Positions 1 to 8,873 of a stretch of 64,000 nt of DNA are shown piece after piece. Both the position numbers and the translations under genes were made by a program. The first letter of the stretch is position 1. Every line of letters starts with the position of its first letter. The stretch spans positions 62,001-126,000 of the IMG/VR virus record IMGVR_UViG_3300018080_000098; one strand, given 5' to 3'. The notes beneath the pieces were generated by a model that saw only the letters and a list, made by a program, of their open reading frames with translations, was not told the origin of the DNA and searched no databases.

Positions 1-1086
1 GCCTTTTCTGTTCTCGTTCAGCGCGTGCGCTCGCAGCATTGTATCCTCGAGGGGGAGGTTCCACAATGGAATCCCAAACTCGTCCAGTGTAGCTGCGCAC
101 TCGAACTTGAGGTTGTGCGCTACCAAAGACCGAAAGGATACGTTGCGAGCAGTGAAGAACATGTGTAGTAGTTTCTTCACCTCGCGGAACTCTTTGCCAC
201 TCCATGGACTGTCGGGGTGTCGGTAAGGGATAACGAATCCCCGGTCGGGGCCGTAGGCAAACCCGACTGTCAATATCTTGTTGCCCACTCGCTGTAAGTT
301 GGCTGTTTCGTAGTCCAGCACAACCACTCGATCCTTATCCAGGTTGCTCACCATATGCTTGAGCAACTTGTACACCTTATCTACTTCCTGCACTACTACT
401 GTCGGCTTCCCTCGTTTACTGTAGTCTGGTACTACCCCTCGAGCTTTGTAGAACGCCCGAGAAATATCCTCCTCGAACATCCCTCCCATTCCTGGCGTTC
501 TGCTGACGAAGGCGAAATGAAAAGTGATGATAGCCGGGTACTCCTCCCCGTCCGGCGTCTTTACCACTACCTCTTTTCCCCGCAGCCCGAATACTTTGGC
601 AGCCGAGTCAATCTGCTCGCCTGTTTGCTTGTCCACCGCTAGCCCTACTGCTGCTGATTTACCAAGCAGCACAATATAGGCAGGCTTGACCTTCATGATG
701 TCGCGCAAAATATTGCGTCGACACGTCCGCACCTCAGCCGAAGTAGGCGGTCGGTCCTTGCGAGGGTCTTCCTCGCGCACAGGTCTGCACCGCACCACGT
801 TCCCGTAGGCCACCCCTTTTTGCGTTCCTCCGTTGACTTTGTGGACTAACTGCCGAAGGATCTGACCCGTTCCACCCACCATCGGTCGACCCACATCATT
901 CTCTACCCGTCCTGGGGCCTCCGCGATAAACATCACGTCGACACCCATCCCCTTCCTATTCTTTCCTCCTCGGTAAACTTCGGTGGGAACCTGCTTACGA
1001 ACGAAGCGGTTGCCTAACAGGGGGCACTCGTACTGTTTGCAGATGTTATCTGCGAGAGGAGAAAGGATGAACTGGTCGTCGGTCAT
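1..1086 (-). CDS. DNA polymerase (family A, SPO1-type) N-terminal part: family-4 uracil-DNA glycosylase domain fused to 3'-5' exonuclease; truncated by window edge
   Basis: Translated by hand (absent from the ORF track). ATG at 1086 follows AGGGAG. UDG part: CKQYECP...VMFIAEAPGRVE..GRPMVGGTG...GNVVRCRP...DRPPTSAEVRTC...IVLLG...ITFHFAF. Exonuclease part: VLDYETA (ExoI), AHNLKFE (ExoII), EDTMLRAHALNEN. The frame is open to base 1; the polymerase domain itself lies outside the window. Confidence 0.88.
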   Translation of the reverse strand, partial: MTDDQFILSPLADNICKQYECPLLGNRFVRKQVPTEVYRGGKNRKGMGVDVMFIAEAPGRVENDVGRPMVGGTGQILRQLVHKVNGGTQKGVAYGNVVRCRPVREEDPRKDRPPTSAEVRTCRRNILRDIMKVKPAYIVLLGKSAAVGLAVDKQTGEQIDSAAKVFGLRGKEVVVKTPDGEEYPAIITFHFAFVSRTPGMGGMFEEDISRAFYKARGVVPDYSKRGKPTVVVQEVDKVYKLLKHMVSNLDKDRVVVLDYETANLQRVGNKILTVGFAYGPDRGFVIPYRHPDSPWSGKEFREVKKLLHMFFTARNVSFRSLVAHNLKFECAATLDEFGIPLWNLPLEDTMLRAHALNENRKG

Positions 1087-1351
1087 TCGGTGAGCTCCCT
1101 GAACGTAGCACCGAATCGGTGATACGTAGTAGTTTTACCAGGGAGACACCCGTCGACGCCTTGTCCCGGAAAGGTCCAGGAGTTCGGTTCATCGCCGTGA
1201 GCACGCGGGAAAGGTTATTGGCGATTGTACGTGCGGTCGGTCCGTTGCATCCGTAGGTAGCAATAAAGTTTGCTACGTTCACGAAGTTTCCAGTCTCACC
1301 TCGGATGAACAAACCGTAGCCGCCTTGCACGTTCATCGCCCAGAATCGCAT
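1046..1351 (-). CDS. Hypothetical protein (~101 aa, MRFWAMNVQGG...)
   Basis: Part of ORF 1046..1501. The ATG at 1351 lies just downstream of the CTTGTAAAAT motif and avoids overlap with the upstream gene. Confidence 0.55.
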   Translation of the reverse strand: MRFWAMNVQGGYGLFIRGETGNFVNVANFIATYGCNGPTARTIANNLSRVLTAMNRTPGPFRDKASTGVSLVKLLRITDSVLRSGSSPNDRRPVHPFSSRR

Positions 1352-1373
1352 ACCGGCGCCACCCTGCTCTAGT

Positions 1374-1383
1374 ATTTTACAAG
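1374..1383 (-). promoter_or_regulatory. Putative promoter motif A (CTTGTAAAAT)
   Basis: Identical 10-mer in intergenic gaps at 1374, 9700 and 43830; contains -10-like TAAAAT. Confidence 0.55.
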
Positions 1384-1446
1384 GTGGCTGCCCGTTTTGA
1401 TGGGCGTTACTACTTCTCTGCCTACCTCTGCAGCATCCCATCGTTT

Positions 1447-1962
1447 TTACGCCTGTTCGCCTGCAAGAGACTTCTTTCCAAAAGAAGCCTCCTTCGGCCA
1501 ATCACTAACGCCGTCAAATACTACGATAATACTATTTATTGTGTGATGGTCGCCTTCACGATACTTGTACATCAACTTCCTGCGCATGGTCAAGCTGCAA
1601 ATCCAGTTCGGCCCCAGCTTCTCCGGGTACTCCAGTATCTTCGGATGCAACAGGATAGTATTTCCACACCGCTCAGTAGTGTAGGTGCCAGGAATCATGT
1701 GGATGATATCGGGGTCCCCATTCGCATTCTTCGAAGGGACTTTCTCGATAGGACGCAACACAAACACACCTCGAGGACCACCAGCTCCCTTCTCCGCCAC
1801 AATCTCTACATACCAGAACTCTTCCGGTTGAGGAGCTTGCGACTGGTCCTCAATGTGCTCCCAAGAAAGAACTCCCGTCTTCCCCAACGTCTTGGAAATT
1901 ACCTTGTTGTTGGGAGGGGCGTCTTCCTGCCTGTTTTTCATGAATTTGACTAATGTGATCAA
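1447..1962 (-). CDS. Hypothetical protein (171 aa)
   Basis: Co-oriented ORF filling the gap between the virion genes and motif A; TTG start with upstream GGAG. Confidence 0.75.
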   Translation of the reverse strand: MITLVKFMKNRQEDAPPNNKVISKTLGKTGVLSWEHIEDQSQAPQPEEFWYVEIVAEKGAGGPRGVFVLRPIEKVPSKNANGDPDIIHMIPGTYTTERCGNTILLHPKILEYPEKLGPNWICSLTMRRKLMYKYREGDHHTINSIIVVFDGVSDWPKEASFGKKSLAGEQA

Positions 1963-1979
1963 CGTAATGACTCCGTGAG

Positions 1980-2897
1980 TTAGAGGTACTTCCAGAAATG
2001 CACTCTGAGTCTTCCTACACGGATATACTCACCCTTATACACATCGAAGGTGAGCCGCACTGTGTAGGGCTTTCCAGTATCGAAAGTTCCTGAAGTCTGG
2101 TCTACCGTGACCGTGTGGTCTGTCCATGCACCAGACCCGTTAATGGTTCCTCCTGTAACTGTGACAGGGGCTTGGTTGGTGTCGTAGAGCTCTACCGTCA
2201 ACTTCGTGTTGGGAGATGTAGCAAATTCTACGTAGGTATCGATGGATACCGGTCGTAGGTCCCCCTGTACGAAAAAGCTGAAATTCTGTACAAGCTGCTG
2301 TATGTTGGGTAGCGCGGTGGGGGAATTCTCTACCCGTTCGTTCACAACGAAACTTACTGCATCGAACTCGTTTTCCGTGAACGTGATATCTGTACCTACA
2401 GCCGAGTTGGCGTAGCGTTCGAAGGGAGGCACAAGCTCTACTGGCAAAGAGGTAGCCACGAGTTGTGTGTAGTCGTCTTCAGCCAACTTTGGAGCTTCAA
2501 TGATATATTCCTGCACTAGGGGGAGCCCACCACCAGGATGATTTATCCACCCAATTACTACTCCATCAAATATGTCCGAATTGGAAAGTTGCGCCTCTTC
2601 TAGCGCGTACTCTACTGGAACCCCTCCAAGCGAACGCCGGTTCTCGTGCGTGGCTACTAATGTGTACCAGGTCGCTGTTCCTGGAGCTGTAAAGCTAAAT
2701 GTGGTTTCCGTATCCTCTCGCCACATTACGCCGTTGTGCTGAAGGCCGTACCCTTCTCCCATTACCAGATTGTTGTCCGTATTCACAGACAAGTCGAATC
2801 CACGGTAAACACCTTTAGGATGCAATCCGTAATGAATCGTATTTTCGCTTAGGTCGTCTTGTGTTGCGCCGTAGTTGTAGTATCTCAGCTGTGCCAT
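1980..2897 (-). CDS. Putative virion structural protein (baseplate/fibre-anchor-like N-terminus, beta-rich C-terminus)
   Basis: The N-terminal GVYRGFDLSV..NLVMGEGYG pattern resembles the N-termini of 43849..49281 and 3834..5114; acidic and beta-rich. Confidence 0.7.
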   Translation of the reverse strand: MAQLRYYNYGATQDDLSENTIHYGLHPKGVYRGFDLSVNTDNNLVMGEGYGLQHNGVMWREDTETTFSFTAPGTATWYTLVATHENRRSLGGVPVEYALEEAQLSNSDIFDGVVIGWINHPGGGLPLVQEYIIEAPKLAEDDYTQLVATSLPVELVPPFERYANSAVGTDITFTENEFDAVSFVVNERVENSPTALPNIQQLVQNFSFFVQGDLRPVSIDTYVEFATSPNTKLTVELYDTNQAPVTVTGGTINGSGAWTDHTVTVDQTSGTFDTGKPYTVRLTFDVYKGEYIRVGRLRVHFWKYL

Positions 2898-2906
2898 CTC
2901 GAGCTC

Positions 2907-3764
2907 CTAGCCGAAAACGAGCATCCCAATATAGTCAACTGTGTTGACAGCAACCTTGATCATGTCTGGTGTACTTGGGAACGTAACCTCGTAAGTGTTT
3001 CTCATCCCTGGCACCGCGGTCGTTGTTAGAGAACCCCATACTCCAGATATGTACGCGTACACCAGTGGTGGGTTCTGATACTGGAAATAAATTTCCGAGC
3101 GTACCTCTTCCAACGGAACCATCACTACGCGCCAGGTAGCACCAGACCCCGATTTCACATCCAGCGCTCGAGTTTGGTACCACCCCTCGGAACCCACCCT
3201 CAGTTTGCTGATATTGTTCATCGGGAGCGCGTACGGCAGGGTATCGTATCGTTCGTTGTTGGGGACCATATCGTGCAAGCTGGGAGCTCGGAAGTCCTCC
3301 ATGTAGACAGTGGAGTTTCCGCCTGCCAACGTGTTGGCGATGTACATTAACGAATCATTTGCTGGAGCTTTCAGCAGGAAGTCTCGAACGGTTGTAGAGA
3401 TGATACGTTTGTCCCGTGTTTCTGCTAGACGGAGCCCATCCCACATCACTTCTGCGATGTGGCATCCATCCTTTAGTTTATCGTACGTGTCGTAGGGATT
3501 GTGGGAAGCCCACATCATGATAGCGGCACCGGGTCCTGCGTCGGTTGCTTCATCGATAACGATCTGGTCGAGGCTAGAGAACACTTGTGAACTGCTGTTA
3601 ACTGCTTGTGGTGTGATAGTATTTTTGGGTACCGGACCTGGGTCTACCCATGTTGAGTCGAACTCGAAGATGTGTTCAATTGAGTTTCCGTTTGCATCTT
3701 TGCCGTAGAGGTGGACCTTCACGACCATGGTGCCAGCACCGGAGGCATCTGCGAGGCCACACAT
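2907..3764 (-). CDS. Putative virion protein, C-terminal part (in frame with 3834..5114 across one TGA)
   Basis: Same frame as the upstream ORF; the 23 intervening codons are open; no Shine-Dalgarno before ATG 3764. Confidence 0.7.
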   Translation of the reverse strand: MCGLADASGAGTMVVKVHLYGKDANGNSIEHIFEFDSTWVDPGPVPKNTITPQAVNSSSQVFSSLDQIVIDEATDAGPGAAIMMWASHNPYDTYDKLKDGCHIAEVMWDGLRLAETRDKRIISTTVRDFLLKAPANDSLMYIANTLAGGNSTVYMEDFRAPSLHDMVPNNERYDTLPYALPMNNISKLRVGSEGWYQTRALDVKSGSGATWRVVMVPLEEVRSEIYFQYQNPPLVYAYISGVWGSLTTTAVPGMRNTYEVTFPSTPDMIKVAVNTVDYIGMLVFG

Positions 3765-3833
3765 GATACGAGCTGGTCCGTAGAGGTCGATGTCGAACGT
3801 GTCGGAAGTGGCTATAGGAGTGAGTAGTTTGTA

Positions 3834-5114
3834 TCAGTATATTACTTGGGGGGACTTGATTAAACTTCCGGTTCCGTCTACCAAGATCTCGTAGATCATG
3901 GGGAACTTCTGGGCATCCGCAAACGCTTCCTGAGTGTTGGTTAGCGCGGTAAACCCAGAGCCCCCCGCGATGATGAGCTCCTCTGCGCTGGGGTTCTTGG
4001 TAGAAAATAGAATTTCATTACTTCCTACTGGGGGCTCGCAGGCATCCACTTTAGTGTAGTACATATGGACCGCCCAATCGGTTGGAACGGTTTCCCATAT
4101 TACTACGCGGTTGGTGCCTACTACGATACTTCCAGCGTAGTCGGTTTCGGTGATTCCGTCTGTTACCCAGACTTTGCCTAATCGTACAGGATAGTTGGTA
4201 AGTTCGACGTATTGTGCGTTTGGGACAGATGTTTTTGACCCGGCGCCATCATCGGTTTTTATGGAAGCATAGGGGATTGCTACTTCACATCGGACACCGG
4301 GAATCTTGGCAATGGATCTATCGTCGGCCACAATCATCCCGTGATCTAGTTGTAGCTGCAGCGGCGAGAAGTCGCCAACGGTTAGATCGTTTTGTGATAG
4401 CGCGTGGGGGTTGGTTGCGGTGGATACGCCGGTTCCGATTTGTCCTCGATGCTCTACGTCTACAGCAGAGAACCAGGGACGGTTCCAGCTGTAGTTTCCT
4501 CGTGTGTGGTCAATCGACATCTGTGTGGTAACTGTAGATGTCAAAGGGTCTTCCACGTTTTGCATAGTGGCGATAGCAATCGGCACTAAGCTGTTGCGCA
4601 CATCCTCGTCGTAGTTTTGATACGCGTCGAGTGTATCGATATCTACTTGTACATCTGCTTCTGACGCACTGTTAGGGGAACCTGGTCTCCAGGTTACTGG
4701 AATAACCGGATCGAGGTAATCATTCAGCTGTGAATCTCCGGGGTCGAGAACGTACCGGAGGTAGACAACGTTTGTGATGCCGACTTCTGGGTCGTCCAGC
4801 TCGATTTGGCGTACTGTGTCGGGGATGAGGATCCACATCCCGTCTTTTGTGACCGCCATACCTGGGCTAATATCAACAGATTCTGTGTTGTTATTATTTA
4901 CTGAGACTGTGAGGGGAACGGTAGTTGTACCTGAAACAGCTGTTTCAGGGTTCTGTTCGCTTACGATTCCGTATGCGGGTGTGGTGAAGTAGTCGGGATG
5001 CCCTATCATGAGCAGCAGTCGCTGCACGAATTCTTCATTGTAGGTGTTGGCTTGATACTGCAGTCTGTCGAGCGACTGTCGAATCGTGTACGTGAGTCCT
5101 GGAATGTTTGCCAT
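3834..5114 (-). CDS. Putative virion/baseplate protein, N-terminal part (probably 735 aa, 2907..5114, with an internal TGA)
   Basis: VSVNNNNTESVDISPGMAVTKDG anchor-type motif and EHRGQIGTGVSTATNPH motif; ends at TGA 3836-3834. Confidence 0.75.
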   Translation of the reverse strand: MANIPGLTYTIRQSLDRLQYQANTYNEEFVQRLLLMIGHPDYFTTPAYGIVSEQNPETAVSGTTTVPLTVSVNNNNTESVDISPGMAVTKDGMWILIPDTVRQIELDDPEVGITNVVYLRYVLDPGDSQLNDYLDPVIPVTWRPGSPNSASEADVQVDIDTLDAYQNYDEDVRNSLVPIAIATMQNVEDPLTSTVTTQMSIDHTRGNYSWNRPWFSAVDVEHRGQIGTGVSTATNPHALSQNDLTVGDFSPLQLQLDHGMIVADDRSIAKIPGVRCEVAIPYASIKTDDGAGSKTSVPNAQYVELTNYPVRLGKVWVTDGITETDYAGSIVVGTNRVVIWETVPTDWAVHMYYTKVDACEPPVGSNEILFSTKNPSAEELIIAGGSGFTALTNTQEAFADAQKFPMIYEILVDGTGSLIKSPQVIY

Positions 5115-5125
5115 GGCGCGTGTCC

Positions 5126-7249
5126 TTAGACGTGGAGGTAGCCGCCGTTGAGCTTACCGTAGAAGCCCAGTTTGGTTTCGAGATCTTTAAGAGAGGGGAA
5201 TAGTGGTTTGATAAAGAGGCCGTTCGCGGCGTAGGTGTGATCTCCCACCATTTGCGAAACGTACTCATGAGACACTGCGGCCACACGAGGAGTAGCGATA
5301 TTCCAATCACCCATCTGTACTTCGCCCGCAGCGGCACCCTTCATGAGAATGTCGATACGTTCTATTGGTTCATCAGTAGATGACAACGTCGCGTTGACTA
5401 GAGTGGGTACTCCTGCAGTGATATTCACGTTGGTCCAATCGTTGGGAAAGAACCTGATGCGCAGTAAAATATCTTGGTCCGAGTTTATCTCGAAGCTCCA
5501 TTGAGCTCCTCCAGTACCGCCAGCCATGCCAGTAATAAGGAAGTTGGGATCTGTGATGCTATACGTGATGGGGTTGTTACCATCTGTGCCTCTAAGCTCA
5601 CTGAAAATTTGGAACGAATTGAAGATGCCAGGGTATTCTGCTCGAGCCAGGAGGTTTGCGCGGTTGATGGCAGCGCTGGTAAGGATAGCCACCTCAACGT
5701 CGGTAGTGGCAGCGCTTATATCGATGGTTTCCAGGTCGTCTGTACCACCACTCATAGTGAATGGTGGTACTCCGGGGGATGCTACCCAGCCGATGCCGAT
5801 TAGGTTTGCTGTGAGCGTGATGAGCTGGTTGCCCTTGATGCTGATTTCATCGTGTGTCAGGTTTACGGTTGTGAGCATTCTGCTTGCGGTAATCTTCAGC
5901 GCAGCCACCGCATTGATTGCTGCCTCCGTTGCTACAGCAACATCAACCGCAAACACCGCGGATGAGATGTCTATTACTCGAGCTCCACTCGTAGCGACGA
6001 AGGTGGAATCGATTTTGTACTCAAACGTGATGCTGGTGCCAAACCCATCATCGAGAACAAAGTTGTCGTTGTTCAGTATTAGTCCAACAGCAGGGCTTAC
6101 AGTGATCCAGCCTGTGGAAGCAGATGTCGGTGTTGGGACGTAGGCGCTGTTCGTTTGGAACTCGAACAGCATAGCGTTTTCACCATCGTCAATGCGGAAC
6201 CAATCGTTGTTCACGATTCCTGCTGGGTCGACAGCAACCATTGAACCAGAAGCGTACGTGAACGGCACTTCTATAATGGGAGCGCAAGTATGCTTGAGCC
6301 ACCATTTTCCTTCATCGTTTAAAAGAGCGAGGAACTTTTCTATATCCGCGTCGTAGTTTATTTCCCCGTCTACTCTGTCCCAGAAAAGAAACTGATCTGC
6401 TTTAATAGGGGTCTCTAAAAATATAGTGTTCTTCTTGATTTCAATTGGTACACCTAAAGCAGATAGAGAAGAATCGTATTTTTGAACATACTGCGTTTCC
6501 TTCATAGTGAAACCGGTAATGAAGGGAGAGGAGCGCCAATCTAGAAGGAATGGTCCTTGTACTTGTTTTACAAAGCTGGCATTAACAGGTAAAGGGAGAA
6601 TTCTGGACTTGTATGCTAGATACGCACGGATTTGGATAATCTCTTCGTCGTCCAGGTCGCGGTGGATTCCGCGGTCCAAAGTAACTTGGTATTGGTAAAT
6701 TCCGTTGACCAAGCTAACGAACTTGTAATCCAGTATGGTGTACTCTTTAAAAGCTGTGGTTATTTCAGGGGTGGAAGATATTGCAATAACGTCTCCCCGC
6801 ACTACGTAGTCGGTGCTATCAATTACGATTATTTTTTTATCTGCTGAGTAGGCACCTTCTACTTTAATGGGGTTGGAGTAGTGGTAAACGGGTTCCCTTT
6901 CAGGGTGGTCTGCAAGAAGCCTACTTCCAAGAACAAGGACGTCATCGATGACGTCGGCCACTTCGTGGAGCTCACGTTCACCTATGGAGATGTATCCTCC
7001 AGCTTCTATCCAGGTTGGGACACGGTTGAGGGTAATGCGGTCTATAAGATATATAGCGTCTTCTTCGAGGCGGAATCTGTTATCGGGTGTGAAGAGGGGC
7101 ATCACAGCGGTGAGTTTTTTCCCGTAGCGCACGTCACCTTTTGCGAAGATGTCGAGGGGCATCGTGATCCCTCGGGGGACGATATGCATCGCCAACCCTT
7201 GGTACATCTGGCGTTGGACTGCGTCCTTTGTTAGCTTGATGATGCCCAT
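5126..7249 (-). CDS. Putative virion structural protein (707 aa) with duplicated internal domain
   Basis: Two copies of NNDxFx[IL]DDG....[LT]FE[FY] and two of ID-IS.A....DV.......AAIN. Confidence 0.75.
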   Translation of the reverse strand: MGIIKLTKDAVQRQMYQGLAMHIVPRGITMPLDIFAKGDVRYGKKLTAVMPLFTPDNRFRLEEDAIYLIDRITLNRVPTWIEAGGYISIGERELHEVADVIDDVLVLGSRLLADHPEREPVYHYSNPIKVEGAYSADKKIIVIDSTDYVVRGDVIAISSTPEITTAFKEYTILDYKFVSLVNGIYQYQVTLDRGIHRDLDDEEIIQIRAYLAYKSRILPLPVNASFVKQVQGPFLLDWRSSPFITGFTMKETQYVQKYDSSLSALGVPIEIKKNTIFLETPIKADQFLFWDRVDGEINYDADIEKFLALLNDEGKWWLKHTCAPIIEVPFTYASGSMVAVDPAGIVNNDWFRIDDGENAMLFEFQTNSAYVPTPTSASTGWITVSPAVGLILNNDNFVLDDGFGTSITFEYKIDSTFVATSGARVIDISSAVFAVDVAVATEAAINAVAALKITASRMLTTVNLTHDEISIKGNQLITLTANLIGIGWVASPGVPPFTMSGGTDDLETIDISAATTDVEVAILTSAAINRANLLARAEYPGIFNSFQIFSELRGTDGNNPITYSITDPNFLITGMAGGTGGAQWSFEINSDQDILLRIRFFPNDWTNVNITAGVPTLVNATLSSTDEPIERIDILMKGAAAGEVQMGDWNIATPRVAAVSHEYVSQMVGDHTYAANGLFIKPLFPSLKDLETKLGFYGKLNGGYLHV

Positions 7250-7259
7250 AAGTACAGCT

Positions 7260-7691
7260 CTAGTCCTGGTGGTGTTCGAGGTAGCCGATGAAGAGATCTA
7301 GTGTGTAAGTGCCTGTAGCGCCTACGGTTGCAGCTATCATCGAGCCAACCACCAGGTTTTTGAGGTCAACAGGACCCCAAAGAAAGTAACTATTACGCCA
7401 GCTTGGATTCCAGTAGGCGTGGAGGGTTAGCAGGAGGTGCGCAGCAGCGCCGGTCCAGATACCCATACAGAAGTAGCACTTCATGAATTTCTGGAAGAAC
7501 TGCTGCACGAAACTCAAGGGAAACTGTAGAAGCCAGCGTCGAAGAGGGAGGACCCCAGATTCTCGGATGTACTTTTCGTCGGTGGGGTCTTGGAGGAAGG
7601 CTTTGGTAGACACACCAAAGATGGTGGCGTCTGCAGCTAGGAAGGCCAATCCGTAGGAAAGGAAAACGAATAGCAGGAACGAGAGTGTCAT
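7260..7691 (-). CDS. DUF1360-like membrane protein
   Basis: N-terminal TM helix, CYFCMGIW motif (CxxCxG[IV]W) and further hydrophobic helices. Confidence 0.65.
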   Translation of the reverse strand: MTLSFLLFVFLSYGLAFLAADATIFGVSTKAFLQDPTDEKYIRESGVLPLRRWLLQFPLSFVQQFFQKFMKCYFCMGIWTGAAAHLLLTLHAYWNPSWRNSYFLWGPVDLKNLVVGSMIAATVGATGTYTLDLFIGYLEHHQD

Positions 7692-7876
7692 TGAGAAGGC
7701 GGTGCTGGGTTATCACGGATGTTGTTGACCACTTCTACGATCAGGTCGAAGTCTCTCCAAGTGAGAGCCACGGACCCTCCGTGGTCATCCTTGATGAGCA
7801 CCTCGTCCTCTGAAACGAACACTTCAGGGCAATTGCGTCCTCGACAGCATGCTGTCCACTGTTTGTTTTCCGGCAT
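7688..7876 (-). CDS. Small hypothetical protein (possibly DUF397-like fold)
   Basis: CCRGRNCPEV....VLIKDDHGGSVALT..DF pattern; ATGA overlap with the next gene. Confidence 0.7.
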   Translation of the reverse strand: MPENKQWTACCRGRNCPEVFVSEDEVLIKDDHGGSVALTWRDFDLIVEVVNNIRDNPAPPSQ

Positions 7877-7879
7877 CTT

Positions 7880-8461
7880 CTACCAGCGCATGATGTGAGC
7901 GTTCGAGCTCGTTTGCATCCCGTCACCCTTGGTGACCGCGTACAGCACCCCCACCACAAGCCCAATACCGATAGTTACCCCAACTGCAAGCCCCATCAAC
8001 CCCTTGTTGCGCTCCCACCACGTGTTCCGAGCTCGGACCTTCGCCTCGATGTGCTCGAGCGCGGACTTGTTGATGAGCTTCCGTATCTCCAGATTCTGCC
8101 GCGCCGCCTCGAGCTCCTTACGCCTCCGGTCCCTTTCTGCCTTGATGGCTACGTAATACCGGGCCTTGTCTGCGTCGATCACTATCCCCGCATGCGGGGC
8201 CAGATCCCCCTTCTTTACTACGCTGCTCTTGCCCTCCGAGTAGCCCTCTCGTTTCTCAATAGGACCACTTACCAATGAACCGCGAGCTCCTACTTCCTTC
8301 TTCGCTTGCTCGTACGTCATGACAGGAGGCACCTTCACTGTCGCGCACCCCGACGACCCCACCACACCCAACGTAGCAGCAAACGCGATAATTACTGCCC
8401 ACCAAGACAGAAACTGCCTACAGCAACTTGTTGAGCTCTTCCAGACGCTCTTGCTCATCAT
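7880..8461 (-). CDS. Putative spanin-like lipoprotein with additional C-terminal TM helix
   Basis: Hydrophobic signal ending GSSG-C (imperfect lipobox), a coiled-coil middle and C-terminal TM LMGLAVGVTIGIGLVVGVLYAV. AAGGAG SD; overlaps the 3' end of 8418..8825. Confidence 0.6.
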   Translation of the reverse strand: MMSKSVWKSSTSCCRQFLSWWAVIIAFAATLGVVGSSGCATVKVPPVMTYEQAKKEVGARGSLVSGPIEKREGYSEGKSSVVKKGDLAPHAGIVIDADKARYYVAIKAERDRRRKELEAARQNLEIRKLINKSALEHIEAKVRARNTWWERNKGLMGLAVGVTIGIGLVVGVLYAVTKGDGMQTSSNAHIMRW

Positions 8462-8825
8462 CTATCTCCTTGATCTCCTCCAGCTTCTTGACCACAGCCT
8501 CCTCCGCCTTCTTGGCCTCAGCTACTTTGATCTTCTCCTCGATGTCCGCCTTCGCCGTCTCATGCTTCGTCTTCGCAATAACGTCCTTCACGCCCTTCAC
8601 TGGACCCTTCCCCTTCAACAGATAAAGGATCCCGAAGACTCCTGCAACAGCAGCACCAATAGCAGTGATGATGCCCACCACCCACAGAAGAACTTTTTTG
8701 CCAGTAGACCCCGTAGCTTTCTTGAGGTCTTGCTTGAGCTCCTCGCTCACCTTGGGCGTATCAGCCTTCTTCTCTTCTGTTTTAGGGGTTTCTTCCGTCT
8801 TGGGAGGGGTTAATGTGTCAGGCAT
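8418..8825 (-). CDS. Putative i-spanin-like single-pass membrane protein
   Basis: One TM (VLLWVVGIITAIGAAVAGVFGILYLL) followed by an E/K-rich coiled coil; lies between the holin-like and lipoprotein genes. Confidence 0.55.
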   Translation of the reverse strand: MPDTLTPPKTEETPKTEEKKADTPKVSEELKQDLKKATGSTGKKVLLWVVGIITAIGAAVAGVFGILYLLKGKGPVKGVKDVIAKTKHETAKADIEEKIKVAEAKKAEEAVVKKLEEIKEIDDEQERLEELNKLL

Positions 8826-8873
8826 CGTAATATTCCCTTTGGTAAGGGGAGCTCGTAGTCCCCCAGAGAGCCG

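Noticed and set aside
8846-8863. Small hairpin GGGGA-N8-TCCCC between the holin-like and spanin-like genes
   Set aside because: Only a 5-bp stem and no real U tract; too weak to call as a terminator.
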